From positions 3,146-67,145 of the forward strand of contig JARYGW010000002.1 in assembly GCA_033792295.1 (NCBI GenBank): 64,000 bases of DNA, read 5' to 3'. This document shows, one piece after another, positions 18,354 through 27,002 of the stretch. The translations under genes were made by a program, and so were the position numbers. Positions within the stretch are counted from its first letter, which is position 1, and every line of letters starts with the position of its first letter. The notes under the pieces are model-generated. The model ran no database searches and was not told where the DNA came from. It saw only the letters and a list, made by a program, of their open reading frames with translations. This stretch comes from Bosea sp. (in: a-proteobacteria) (GTDB lineage: Bacteria; Pseudomonadota; Alphaproteobacteria; Rhizobiales; Beijerinckiaceae).

Positions 18354-18977
18354 ATGTGCAACGATTATGAGCAGCACATTTTGTGGGGTGAATACTGCAA
18401 AATGATGCAGACGCTGCAGCTCGGCACTCCGACACAACAGTCGGAACGTGATCTGCCTATTGTCGACGACATTCGAATCAACGATCTCGGCCCGGTAATG
18501 CGGGCGGCGGGCAATAGTATTGAGCTGGTGGCGATGAACTTCGGATTTCCGCCTTCGCGGCCTCGCGCTGGCCCGGTTTTCAATTTCCGTTCCGAGAACC
18601 GGCGCTTTGGAAGCAGCAATCGCTGCCTGATTCCGGCTTCTGCGTTTTTCGAGTTCACGGGCAAGAAATATCCGAAGGCAAAGCATCGCTTTACACTGAA
18701 GGACGCGGCCTTCATGGCAATTGCCGGCATTTGGCGCGACGGGAAGGACAATGGGGCGCCCGCCTTCACCATGTTGACGACGTCGCCTGGGCCGGACGTC
18801 GAGCCCTATCACGATCGACAGGTCGTGGTGCTACGACCATCGGACTGGGCGCACTGGATCTATTTGACGCGTCCAGAGAAGGAATTGCTGCGACCGCTAC
18901 CCGAGGGCTCTCTGCAAGTAGAGACTGTTCGGCCGGGAAAGATCAAGCGGGAGCTATCTGAACGTCGGTTCCTCTGA
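18354..18977 (+). CDS. SOS response-associated peptidase (SRAP/YedK family)
   Basis: N-terminal MC (catalytic Cys2), FNFRSE, RCLIPASAFFEF, AIAGIW, YHDRQVVVL. Confidence 0.88.
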   Translation: MCNDYEQHILWGEYCKMMQTLQLGTPTQQSERDLPIVDDIRINDLGPVMRAAGNSIELVAMNFGFPPSRPRAGPVFNFRSENRRFGSSNRCLIPASAFFEFTGKKYPKAKHRFTLKDAAFMAIAGIWRDGKDNGAPAFTMLTTSPGPDVEPYHDRQVVVLRPSDWAHWIYLTRPEKELLRPLPEGSLQVETVRPGKIKRELSERRFL

Positions 18978-19426
18978 TATGAGCGCGGTGCAGCACGCGA
19001 GGGGGACCGGACGCAGCACCGAAGAGAACGGTTGCGAATCACCACGCGGTCCACTGCGCCTTGCCAACGTGGGCCGAGAGGACCAACCGGCGACACCCCT
19101 TTGGATGGCACCAGACACAATCAGCAACCAGTCATTTGCCGAAGGGACCTAGAACGCCGGCCGACGAGCGGTTATGAATCGGGTGGGGCGGTACGCGCCG
19201 CCCTGGGGCGTGGAAACCCCTACGAACGGTTTGGTGCCGGCCGTTACGGCGCCGCACTCCTTGACCTTATGGTCGGGGAGCCTGTGGCGTATGCAACAGG
19301 TTCACCCGAACTAAAGGCCACAGGGCCGTTTCGTACGGTTTCCAACTCCCCGATCACCAAGAGTCAGAGAGGGATCGTTTGCGGGGGCGTACCGCAGACA
19401 TATCCTCACCGGGGAAGGGATGTGAG

Positions 19427-19735
19427 GTGGCCAGCGCCGGGAATGAACACAGAAAAGGGCTAGAAACCCAGGCGATCGCCGCGCATCGCGCTTACGTCGA
19501 TGCCCTAGTGGCCTGGGAGCGAACGATTCACCGCGCAACTTGCCCGGTCTGCCGCCCGAAAGGTGTATCAGACGAGGAGCAAGGCCGCCAATGCGACATT
19601 GCCGAGGCTGATAAGGAACGGTGTCGCGCGGCCTTTCGCGATCTTTGCGACGAATTGGGCTACGTGCCTAAAGGGCACGGGATCGGCGTGCCGGCGGAGG
19701 ATCAGAGCCGTATCTGCCGCAAGTGCGACAATTAG
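19427..19735 (+). CDS. Small Cys-rich hypothetical protein
   Basis: GTG start after GGGGAAGGGA; CPVC and CRKC motifs. Confidence 0.5.
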   Translation: MASAGNEHRKGLETQAIAAHRAYVDALVAWERTIHRATCPVCRPKGVSDEEQGRQCDIAEADKERCRAAFRDLCDELGYVPKGHGIGVPAEDQSRICRKCDN

Positions 19736-19821
19736 CATCCTCTCGCGGGCTAACTTTTATCACCCCTGACAAAGTTGACGAACCTGACGAAAGCCTCCAT
19801 ATTGGCGGTCGGAGGTGGCTC

Positions 19822-20496
19822 ATGCCGGTTACACGGAAAAAGGGCGGTGAGTCCCGCGGACGAGCTGGTCGGCGCGAGCCGCTGACGCTCAAATTTGCAA
19901 CATCGCTGGCCTCGGGTTTCGACAAGAAGATTGTCACCCGGAAGACGACGCGCGGCCTTCTTTCCGGCTTTGTGGACGCCGTGAAGCGCGCGGAACGGAC
20001 CGGCAAATCGGTTCGCATGACGGTCGAGGTCGATCCGGCGGCCGCAAGCCCGCGCATCGCAGTTGAGGAGGTGACAGCCGCGCCGCCGGACGAGCTCGAC
20101 GTCGCGCTGGCCGCCGCACGCCAGCGGGGATCGGTGCGGGTCGCGCAAATCCTGAACAGCCCCGACATGCTGTCGGCCGATGCCTTCGCCGATGAGATCG
20201 GAGCGACGCGAGAGACCGTACACAAAAAGCGTCGGCGCCATGAGGTTCTGGGCCTTGAGGGCCCGAAGCGCGGCGTCCGATTCCCGAAATGGCAGGTCAG
20301 CGGCTCGGGTGAGCTTATCCCGAGCCTGCCACAGCTTTTCGAGGCCCTCGGCGACCGTCCGTGGTCCGTGTACCGTTTCTTGCTGGAAGAGCACAGCGAG
20401 CTCGCCGGCCGCACGGGGCTTGAGGCCCTCAGGGCGGGGCAGGTCGCCGATGTGCTGGCGGCTGCGGAGTCGGCCGGCCGGGGCGCCTTCCCCTGA
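19822..20496 (+). CDS. Antitoxin of a RES TA pair (HTH plus Xre/MbcA-like C-terminus)
   Basis: GGAGG RBS; MLSADAFADEIGATRETVHKKRR HTH, RFPKWQ, W..YRFL..H.EL.G.T.LEAL; lies upstream of a RES gene. Confidence 0.8.
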   Translation: MPVTRKKGGESRGRAGRREPLTLKFATSLASGFDKKIVTRKTTRGLLSGFVDAVKRAERTGKSVRMTVEVDPAAASPRIAVEEVTAAPPDELDVALAAARQRGSVRVAQILNSPDMLSADAFADEIGATRETVHKKRRRHEVLGLEGPKRGVRFPKWQVSGSGELIPSLPQLFEALGDRPWSVYRFLLEEHSELAGRTGLEALRAGQVADVLAAAESAGRGAFP

Positions 20497-21119
20497 CGAA
20501 AGCTCCGACAGACCCGCTGCCGCCGCCCGGCTTCGAATCGCGCCCGCTCGTCCTCACCGAGGTCCGGCGCGGCGCGATCTGGCACCGGCTCTACCAGACG
20601 CGGTTTCGCGATCCGCTCGGCTACGGCTTCGGCCCGAGCCGCTTCAGCGATCCGGAGACCGGTCTGGTTCCTCCCGAACGCTTCGGTGTGGTTTATCTCG
20701 GCAGCAGTATCAAAGTCTGTTTTGTTGAAGCGATCCTTCGGGATCGCGGTGCAGGGCGCACGCAGACCTATCCCATCGAATGGCGCGAGCTCGAGGCTTG
20801 GACCTGCGCAGAGATTCGTGTTGCAGAGCCGCTCAACCTCGTCGACTTTCGAGGGGACGGGCTCATTCGCATGGGCGTTCCAACCGACGTCGCCCGAGCC
20901 AGAGCGCAAGACTTGGGACGCGCCTGGTCGCGCGCTGTCTGGTCGCATCGGACACAGCCCGATGGGGTCATTTACGATTCGCGGCTCAACGGCGAAACGA
21001 ACGTGGCCGTGTTCGACAGAGCCTTGCCGAAGCTCGCCGGCCACGGAACACCGCGTTTGGTCGAGTGTCGCAGCGACTTGGCCGCGATTATCACCGCGTT
21101 CGATCTTGCGATCATTTGA
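20493..21119 (+). CDS. RES-domain toxin (NAD+-targeting family); probable CTG start
   Basis: Frame open from CTG 20493: WHRLY, PSRFSDP, VVYLG..CFVEAILRD, DGVIYDSRL, NVAVFDRA; the ORF-track start at 20688 truncates the RES arginine motif. Confidence 0.82.
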   Translation: MTKAPTDPLPPPGFESRPLVLTEVRRGAIWHRLYQTRFRDPLGYGFGPSRFSDPETGLVPPERFGVVYLGSSIKVCFVEAILRDRGAGRTQTYPIEWRELEAWTCAEIRVAEPLNLVDFRGDGLIRMGVPTDVARARAQDLGRAWSRAVWSHRTQPDGVIYDSRLNGETNVAVFDRALPKLAGHGTPRLVECRSDLAAIITAFDLAII

Positions 21120-21167
21120 TCGAGGTTTGCCGGCAAGCCGCAGCAACGCCCGAGACGGGAGGCACAG

Positions 21168-21620
21168 TTGGACGACATCACTCTGAAAGGCCGGCTGTTC
21201 AAGGCGCTCGGCGGTTTCGGCGACAAACGCATCAAGGATTTGAACAAGAGCGATTTCTTCATTTGCGATGATCGCGATCACGCTGCGCGCGATGCGAGAG
21301 GAGAACTCTTTCTCTGGTATTGCACGGTCGGGCTCCGGGTAGTGTCCGGCGAGCTCGTTCACATCGAACTTGGCAAGGCCATGCCCAGGAACGATGCTGT
21401 GAATAAATGGTGGGCGGAGAACACCGTCGACGGGAAGTACGGAATGAAGGTCATCGCGATCGCCAAAGGCGAGGAGCACAAACTCGGCGAGTTGGCGAAG
21501 CTCATCGCGGCCATCGTCAAGAAGCCGTATTCTGTAAAAGCCTACAAATACGTTTGCCCCGAGGTTGCGTCGGTTCTCAGAAATACCGAGAAAGTTCTGG
21601 GCGCGGCGTGGGCGGACTAG
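21168..21620 (+). CDS. Hypothetical protein (150 aa)
   Basis: GGAGG RBS plus TTG start; protein-like composition. Confidence 0.75.
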   Translation: MDDITLKGRLFKALGGFGDKRIKDLNKSDFFICDDRDHAARDARGELFLWYCTVGLRVVSGELVHIELGKAMPRNDAVNKWWAENTVDGKYGMKVIAIAKGEEHKLGELAKLIAAIVKKPYSVKAYKYVCPEVASVLRNTEKVLGAAWAD

Positions 21621-21744
21621 AGTGATGCCGCGGCCTCCGCCGGCGGCCTCGCATTCATGAGCGATCGAGCCGACGAATCAATCCTGCGGCTTTGATTCAA
21701 AATATCGATTGGACTTCGCGCATCGGCCGGTGCGACGATTCGCT

Positions 21745-22017
21745 ATGTCATCCCCTCGTTCCGTCGATCTCGGCCGGGTCCACATCGTGCTGGAACGCAT
21801 CGATCCGGCCAAGAACATGGCGAGGTTTTACGTGCTGTCCGTTGAACAGACATTGTTCGGCAACAACGCGTTGGTCCGAGAGTGGGGACGCATTGGGAGC
21901 CCCGGCCGTCGTCGCAGCGAATTCTTCGATCAGGTCGCGGACGCGCACGTTGCGCTCGACACATGGCTGGCGCGCAAGAAAAGACGCGGCTACGTTCAAC
22001 GCCGTACGCGCCCTTAG
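21745..22017 (+). CDS. WGR-domain protein
   Basis: RIDPAKNMARFYVL..EQTLFG..LVREWGRIG..K.RRGY. Confidence 0.88.
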   Translation: MSSPRSVDLGRVHIVLERIDPAKNMARFYVLSVEQTLFGNNALVREWGRIGSPGRRRSEFFDQVADAHVALDTWLARKKRRGYVQRRTRP

Positions 22018-22136
22018 AATACCTCCGAATTTGTGGAATCACGGAGTACGGCGCGCCGCAATGGTGGTTTGTAGCCATACCGCCTTGGCGCCGACCGTGA
22101 CCAACTCGGCTTGTTGCAACAGCCGAGGAGTTCCCC

Positions 22137-22760
22137 ATGCTTATGGTTATTTCCGGTTCGGATGTCAGTCGACATGCCGCACTGATGGAACGCGCTTACC
22201 GCTTTCGTCACGCGATCTTTGTGGACGAAAAGGGTTGGGACGAGCTGCGTCAAGCTGACGGTTTGGAGCGCGATCGCTTCGATGACCCCCATGCGATTCA
22301 TCAAATCTGCCTGCGCGGCAATGACATCGTGGGGTATCAGCGCCTGCTGCCCACGACCCGGCCGCATCTCTTGAGCGACGTGCTCGGCGACTTATGCCGC
22401 CGGCGCCCGCCGCGAGGCCCGCGTGTTTTCGAATGGACGCGGTTTTGCGTCGCGCCCGGCCAACGCGAAATGCGCCCACGCGGCGACAGTCCGTTCCTCG
22501 AGCTGGCGCAAGGCGTGGTCGAATGGGGAATGGCGAATCGCGTGGACACCGTCACAGTCGCCATCGACTGGCGCCTGATGGTGATCGCGATGCAGCTCCG
22601 CTTCTTCGTGCGGCCGCTTGGATTCCCCAAACGTATTGGCCGTGACGAAGTGGTCGCCCTGCGCATGTCGTTCAATCGTGAGACCTTAGCCGCGATCCAC
22701 GATGCTCGCGGTTGCGAGGAGCCGGTACTGAACAAGGCGTCCTGGCCGTCGGCAGCCTAA
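22137..22760 (+). CDS. Acyl-homoserine-lactone synthase (LuxI family)
   Basis: RFRHAIFVDEKGW, LERDRFDD, RLLPTTRPHLL and EWTRF conserved LuxI residues; GAGGAG RBS. Confidence 0.88.
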   Translation: MLMVISGSDVSRHAALMERAYRFRHAIFVDEKGWDELRQADGLERDRFDDPHAIHQICLRGNDIVGYQRLLPTTRPHLLSDVLGDLCRRRPPRGPRVFEWTRFCVAPGQREMRPRGDSPFLELAQGVVEWGMANRVDTVTVAIDWRLMVIAMQLRFFVRPLGFPKRIGRDEVVALRMSFNRETLAAIHDARGCEEPVLNKASWPSAA

Positions 22761-22791
22761 GAACAAGAAGAGCGCAACAGGAGGAAGTAAG

Positions 22792-23037
22792 GTGATTCGT
22801 ACTGCCGATACAAAGATCGTCGCTCATGAACTGCACACACGATACGATCATGTTCGTGCTGTCACATTGATTGGGCGAACCTTGCAGAAGGCCCTGTTTG
22901 CGGGCCGATCAGACGAGGTGGTTTTTTGGGCCTTGGTGCACGCTCACTACAGGGGCGGTGATCTTTGTGCGGCGACGGAAGAGCAGCTCAACTTTTTCGC
23001 GCCATTCATCATCCGCGACCCGTCGGAGATCAACTGA
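22792..23037 (+). CDS. Hypothetical protein (81 aa) downstream of luxI
   Basis: AGGAGG RBS and GTG start 31 bp after the luxI stop. Confidence 0.7.
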   Translation: MIRTADTKIVAHELHTRYDHVRAVTLIGRTLQKALFAGRSDEVVFWALVHAHYRGGDLCAATEEQLNFFAPFIIRDPSEIN

Positions 23038-23042
23038 CCGGC

Positions 23043-23735
23043 TTAGACGTCGTTCGCGCCCACGATAATCGATGCCGAGGAAGCGCTCGGCGGATTCGCT
23101 GCAACGCCGGTCGAAGTCGGGAAGTCGCCTGGCCCCGTTGGCGCCTGGACGCAGACGGTCGAATTCTGTCCGGTGAAACAGGAGACATCGTAGCCCGCAC
23201 CGCGCACCAAATAGGTGCAAACGCTCACACCGTTTCCATCCTTGACATTACGGGCGTTGCAATCCCCGCTCGCCACGTAATTGGCGAGCTTGCCGTTGGA
23301 CCCGCATCCGAACTGGCAAGCCATCAGGATCGACGACTGGTCGATTGTCGCGCATTTCGAGCCGGAGCAGACCTGCTGGCCAACGATCGAGGTCAGCCCG
23401 TTCTTTTGCGCCTGGGCCCAGGAATTCTGCTCGTATTGCGTCCAGGCCGCCGTCTGCGCGGAAGGATTGTTGAGAAAGCTTTGGGCGCTGCCGTTGTAGT
23501 AGCGTTCGAAGGTGCCCGGGCAGAACTGGAACGCGCCGAGGCAACCGAACTGATTGACCGTTCCAAAATTTCCCTCGCTGCCGGAGACTTTGGATGCGAA
23601 GTCCGCGCAGTTCGACGGGATGCCGGCCGCCGTCAGATTTGCGGCCGACTCGCCGGCAAACGCCGCGGCGGCCGACAGGCAGAGGAGGAGACCCGCGTCG
23701 GCGACGGCGCGACGGATCGCCTGCCGCGCATTCAT
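23043..23735 (-). CDS. Exported lysozyme/lytic-transglycosylase-like protein, Cys-rich
   Basis: Signal peptide; SEGNFGTVNQFGCLGAFQF resembles the lysozyme-like E...G.yQF motif. Confidence 0.6.
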   Translation of the reverse strand: MNARQAIRRAVADAGLLLCLSAAAAFAGESAANLTAAGIPSNCADFASKVSGSEGNFGTVNQFGCLGAFQFCPGTFERYYNGSAQSFLNNPSAQTAAWTQYEQNSWAQAQKNGLTSIVGQQVCSGSKCATIDQSSILMACQFGCGSNGKLANYVASGDCNARNVKDGNGVSVCTYLVRGAGYDVSCFTGQNSTVCVQAPTGPGDFPTSTGVAANPPSASSASIIVGANDV

Positions 23736-24214
23736 GGCTTCGCTCCGGTGATCGCGAATCTATAGTCCCCATTGACCAGCGTCTTACCGTCCTCACTGAG
23801 CGCGAACGGATGTTGGGCAAATTGAGTGAGCGTCTTGTTTGCAGCCAGATCGGCGAAGCGCGGATCGTCGGGTGGTACGATTTGATGCATCAAATCGGCG
23901 ACCAGCACCGTTCGGCGTCCATCGGCGTCGACGCGGACAAGGCGCGTCGGGCACGCACCGGACGAACAGTCCTCGTTCCAGATCTGCGAGACGACGAGTT
24001 CGCCCTTCGGCGTGCGCAGAACGAATTCGTGGATCGTCACAGTGCCTTTCGGACCAATCGCCAGATCGTTTCCTGTCCAGATTCCGTCGGGATCCTTCGC
24101 GACGTTGCGATACGAGGTCTTGTAGGCAAAACTCATGTCCGCCGCGCTTGACGGCGACGCAAGGATCAATCCGGCAAGGCCGAGACAGCTCAGCCAGGAG
24201 GCAGTGGCGTGCAT
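23732..24214 (-). CDS. Exported hypothetical protein
   Basis: AGGAG RBS; signal peptide ..ASPSSA|ADM. Confidence 0.75.
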   Translation of the reverse strand: MHATASWLSCLGLAGLILASPSSAADMSFAYKTSYRNVAKDPDGIWTGNDLAIGPKGTVTIHEFVLRTPKGELVVSQIWNEDCSSGACPTRLVRVDADGRRTVLVADLMHQIVPPDDPRFADLAANKTLTQFAQHPFALSEDGKTLVNGDYRFAITGAKP

Positions 24215-24257
24215 GGTCTGATTTCTCCTGCGAACGATTCGAGCCGATCGACCGGTG

Positions 24258-24815
24258 CTAGTGCAGGGGCACATTGAAGGAGCACCCATCGACGGCTGCA
24301 TGATTGACGATCATTCCGATCTTCACCGTCCTGGTCGGAATGTCATAGGAGGCGTAAGCGGCCGTCGCGGCCGTATCGACGGCTGCGCCGGCTTCGGGCT
24401 CGAGAAAACAGGCACGGCCGGCCCCCAGCGTGCGCACCTGCACGCCTTCATAGATGGCCATGCGCAAAGGGCAGAGTTTGATCGTCACATGAGCGACCCG
24501 ATCGACGCTCTTGACCTCGCAGGCAGTCGCGGTGTTGAGGGCGCTGAGAACGACCGACCGTCGCGCACTCCAGATCACGAAATGGGCTTCGGTAACCGGC
24601 GCATTGCCGGCCGCAAAGCGCCCGTCACCGCGTGCTCGATAGTTAAGGTTGTTCTCCTCGATCGCGTCCTTCCAAATGTCGGTGTAAGTGGCCGTGCCCT
24701 GTGATGGCCGCTGCAGATCCGCATAAGACATCGGCCGCCAGGTCCCCGGATCAGGCGTCAGCGCCTGCGCGTTGGCTACCGTAAACGCCTCGCCTGTCAT
24801 CAGTCCCGTCCCCAT
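24258..24815 (-). CDS. Hypothetical (probably exported) protein; start uncertain
   Basis: Protein-like ORF in the operon; ..ANAQA.. cleavage-like motif. Confidence 0.65.
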   Translation of the reverse strand: MGTGLMTGEAFTVANAQALTPDPGTWRPMSYADLQRPSQGTATYTDIWKDAIEENNLNYRARGDGRFAAGNAPVTEAHFVIWSARRSVVLSALNTATACEVKSVDRVAHVTIKLCPLRMAIYEGVQVRTLGAGRACFLEPEAGAAVDTAATAAYASYDIPTRTVKIGMIVNHAAVDGCSFNVPLH

Positions 24816-24850
24816 GAGCAGCACGGCTCCGAGCCATTTTCGGCTTATCC

Positions 24851-24874
24851 AACATCTAATATACTGTCTTTGCG
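24851..24874 (-). promoter_or_regulatory. Copy of a 24-bp promoter/operator motif also found at 27559-27582
   Basis: AACATCTAATATACTGTCTTTGCG vs AACATTCAATATATTGTCTATGCG, 20/24 identical. Confidence 0.65.
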
Positions 24875-24910
24875 TTGTCGACCCATTTGCGCGTTCCACG
24901 GGCGCCGGTC

Positions 24911-25465
24911 CTATTCGTATCGCGGCCGGCCGGGCAGCCACCCCCAGAAATCCTTCGGGGACTTTTCGCGATTGCGCCAAGGAACCGCGGCGAGCGGCGG
25001 ATAGACCGGCTGCATCGTCCAGATGGCGTCGTAATAGTAAAAGTTCGCTGTCTCTCGCCGCATACGCCGACCCGAACCATCCAAAAAATCCGTCGCGCAA
25101 TGGACGACGGGTGCGCGATAGCGGGTCACCCGAGCGGTTTGCTGATCGAGCATCCCAGGCTTGCAGCCGAAGAGCGAGATCGAGACCGGATAGCTGCGAT
25201 TCTCCGGCGCGGTTGCCAACAAGCGCAGATAGGCGGCATTGGCTTCGACCTGTGTCGGATAGGGAAAGCGCTCAGTCAGGATCGGCGCGAACGTCGACCG
25301 GTCGGGCGCATATTCCAATCGCCCCGGCTTAACCTGTTCAGGCGCGAAGAGCGGCTCCGGCCCAAGCGGCGGTCCGTTCGCGACGAGATTTGCCGGAGCA
25401 GCGCAACCGGCGAGGAGGAGAACAAGCGGAAGGACGAGGGCGTTCGACCGCGATTTTGTTGTCAC
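24911..25465 (-). CDS. Lipoprotein of unknown function
   Basis: LLLAGC lipobox; GTGA overlap with the upstream gene. Confidence 0.8.
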   Translation of the reverse strand: MTTKSRSNALVLPLVLLLAGCAAPANLVANGPPLGPEPLFAPEQVKPGRLEYAPDRSTFAPILTERFPYPTQVEANAAYLRLLATAPENRSYPVSISLFGCKPGMLDQQTARVTRYRAPVVHCATDFLDGSGRRMRRETANFYYYDAIWTMQPVYPPLAAVPWRNREKSPKDFWGWLPGRPRYE

Positions 25466-26043
25466 CGGCGGACCTCATTGTCCAGTGCCGATTGCCGGTC
25501 GCGTCGCGCGCGCCAGTCCCACGGCATTTCGAAAGTGCTCGACCACAAGCCGCGATAAGCCTTGCGCGCGTCCGCTTGGGCGGCGACGTAAGAGGGGATC
25601 TTCAGATCGTCCGGCGCGAGCGGTGCGAGCACCGCAACGCCGTCGTGGAGCATGTCGGCGGCGAGGTCGGCATGGCCGGCAGTTGCGCAGCGCACAAGTT
25701 GCTCGTCACCCTCCATGCGCACGCTTCCGCACGCAAGCCATCTGTTGAGGCTTGCGGTGACGAGCCAGGCTACGGCCATGTTGCCGCAAGGCCACGGCTG
25801 CCGTCCGAGCCGGGCGGTTTGATCAGGCGCGCAGGCCTCGATGCCATAAAGCCGGTAAACCGTCCGGGTTTCGATGTCCCGGAAGCGGGTGCCATCGATC
25901 ACCTCGACACGAAGCGGCTGCGGCTGCGGCTGCGTTTTCGGAGTGTATATGGTCGACGGCGCGTTCGCGGACTGGGCTCCCGCATTGCCGGGCAAGAGCG
26001 CCAATCCGGCAACTGCGATCAGGATCACATCAAGCCGCGTCAT
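25462..26043 (-). CDS. Exported thermonuclease (SNase)-like protein with a degenerate active site
   Basis: VIDG..RLYGIEAC..WPCG..A.A.AR....GLW..FEMPWDWR. Confidence 0.8.
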   Translation of the reverse strand: MTRLDVILIAVAGLALLPGNAGAQSANAPSTIYTPKTQPQPQPLRVEVIDGTRFRDIETRTVYRLYGIEACAPDQTARLGRQPWPCGNMAVAWLVTASLNRWLACGSVRMEGDEQLVRCATAGHADLAADMLHDGVAVLAPLAPDDLKIPSYVAAQADARKAYRGLWSSTFEMPWDWRARRDRQSALDNEVRR

Positions 26044-26365
26044 CGCGCGATCCGAGATCGAGCTTGTGGAAGACGTTGGCGATGATATCGGTCGTGTAGA
26101 CGGTCTCGCCGTCTTTCTTGTAGCTGCCGTCGGCAATCCGGCACTCGGCATAGACCGGATCGCCTTTTGCGATGTTGGCAATCGCCCACTGCGCCGCCTT
26201 TTCGTTGAGGATCGTGACGGTCACCCAGTCGGTTTCTTCGCGTCGCTCACCCTTTGCGTCCGTCCATGCGCGGTCGGTCGCCACATTGATTTTCGCGGCC
26301 TTGTTGAAGGCCTTCGGCGCCTGGCCGACGCGGCCGCGCAGAATAAAGAGGTTCGTACTTCGCAA
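26030..26365 (-). CDS. ssb: Single-stranded DNA-binding protein (short, OB fold only)
   Basis: LRGRVG, INVATDRAWTD..GERREETDW, KGDPVY..; AGGAGG RBS. Confidence 0.9.
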   Translation of the reverse strand: MRSTNLFILRGRVGQAPKAFNKAAKINVATDRAWTDAKGERREETDWVTVTILNEKAAQWAIANIAKGDPVYAECRIADGSYKKDGETVYTTDIIANVFHKLDLGSRDDAA

Positions 26366-26374
26366 GGCTGCCTC

Positions 26375-27001
26375 CTATGGTTGTTGTCGAATATTGAGTG
26401 TTGGCGCCGCAGCGGGCGCTGGCGATGTCAGCTGGGGGCCGGCCGGTCGCTGCAGCGTTTGAAGAATGATGGCATTTGGATCGGGGAGATCCGCAAACGC
26501 CCAGAGACCGGCCTTGCTTTGTGCCGCGACCTCTTGGGCGACTCGATACGGCGGATGGACCGGCTGGCCGTCGGGTTTGAGCGAGGCGAAGGCGAATCCG
26601 GTTGCGATCAATGCCGTCCCAAGATCGATGCGGGAGCCAGCGCTGGCGCCTGTGGTCGGGATGGCGACACAGAAGACGAAGACGGTGCGGGTCTGCGGCG
26701 TTTCGGCGGCATCATAGCATTGCGGTCGCAGATCGCGAGTTAGCGCGACGAGCATCGCGAGCGAGGCTTCCCCGCAATCGCGCTTCAGCCCGTGGCCATT
26801 GGTGAAACTCGTGCCGCGCAGACACGCTTGGACGCCGTAGAGCCGATAGGTCACGTTGTCGACCGACCAACTGTCGCCTGTCAGATAGATCGCGTTCGGT
26901 GGCACGGGAAACCAGGCCGGAGGCGAAGTCTGCGCGTTCGCGGCGCCGAGCGGCATACTGCAGAAGGACAGCACGGTGAGAAGTCGCCGCAGATGTCGCA
27001 T
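26375..27001 (-). CDS. Exported thermonuclease (SNase)-like protein with a degenerate active site
   Basis: TGDSW..YRLYGVQAC..DCG..DLGTALIATGFA..AQ..A..KAGLW. Confidence 0.78.
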   Translation of the reverse strand: MRHLRRLLTVLSFCSMPLGAANAQTSPPAWFPVPPNAIYLTGDSWSVDNVTYRLYGVQACLRGTSFTNGHGLKRDCGEASLAMLVALTRDLRPQCYDAAETPQTRTVFVFCVAIPTTGASAGSRIDLGTALIATGFAFASLKPDGQPVHPPYRVAQEVAAQSKAGLWAFADLPDPNAIILQTLQRPAGPQLTSPAPAAAPTLNIRQQP

Positions 27002-27002
27002 G

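Noticed and set aside
19668-21479. 603-aa minus-strand ORF, and likewise 33257-34537 and 35942-37333
   Set aside because: Antisense to the TA pair, virB6 and virB10; composition is not protein-like
22103-22132. tra/lux box upstream of luxI
   Set aside because: The palindrome does not match the 18-bp tra box and overlaps the RBS rather than a promoter position; kept only as a hairpin
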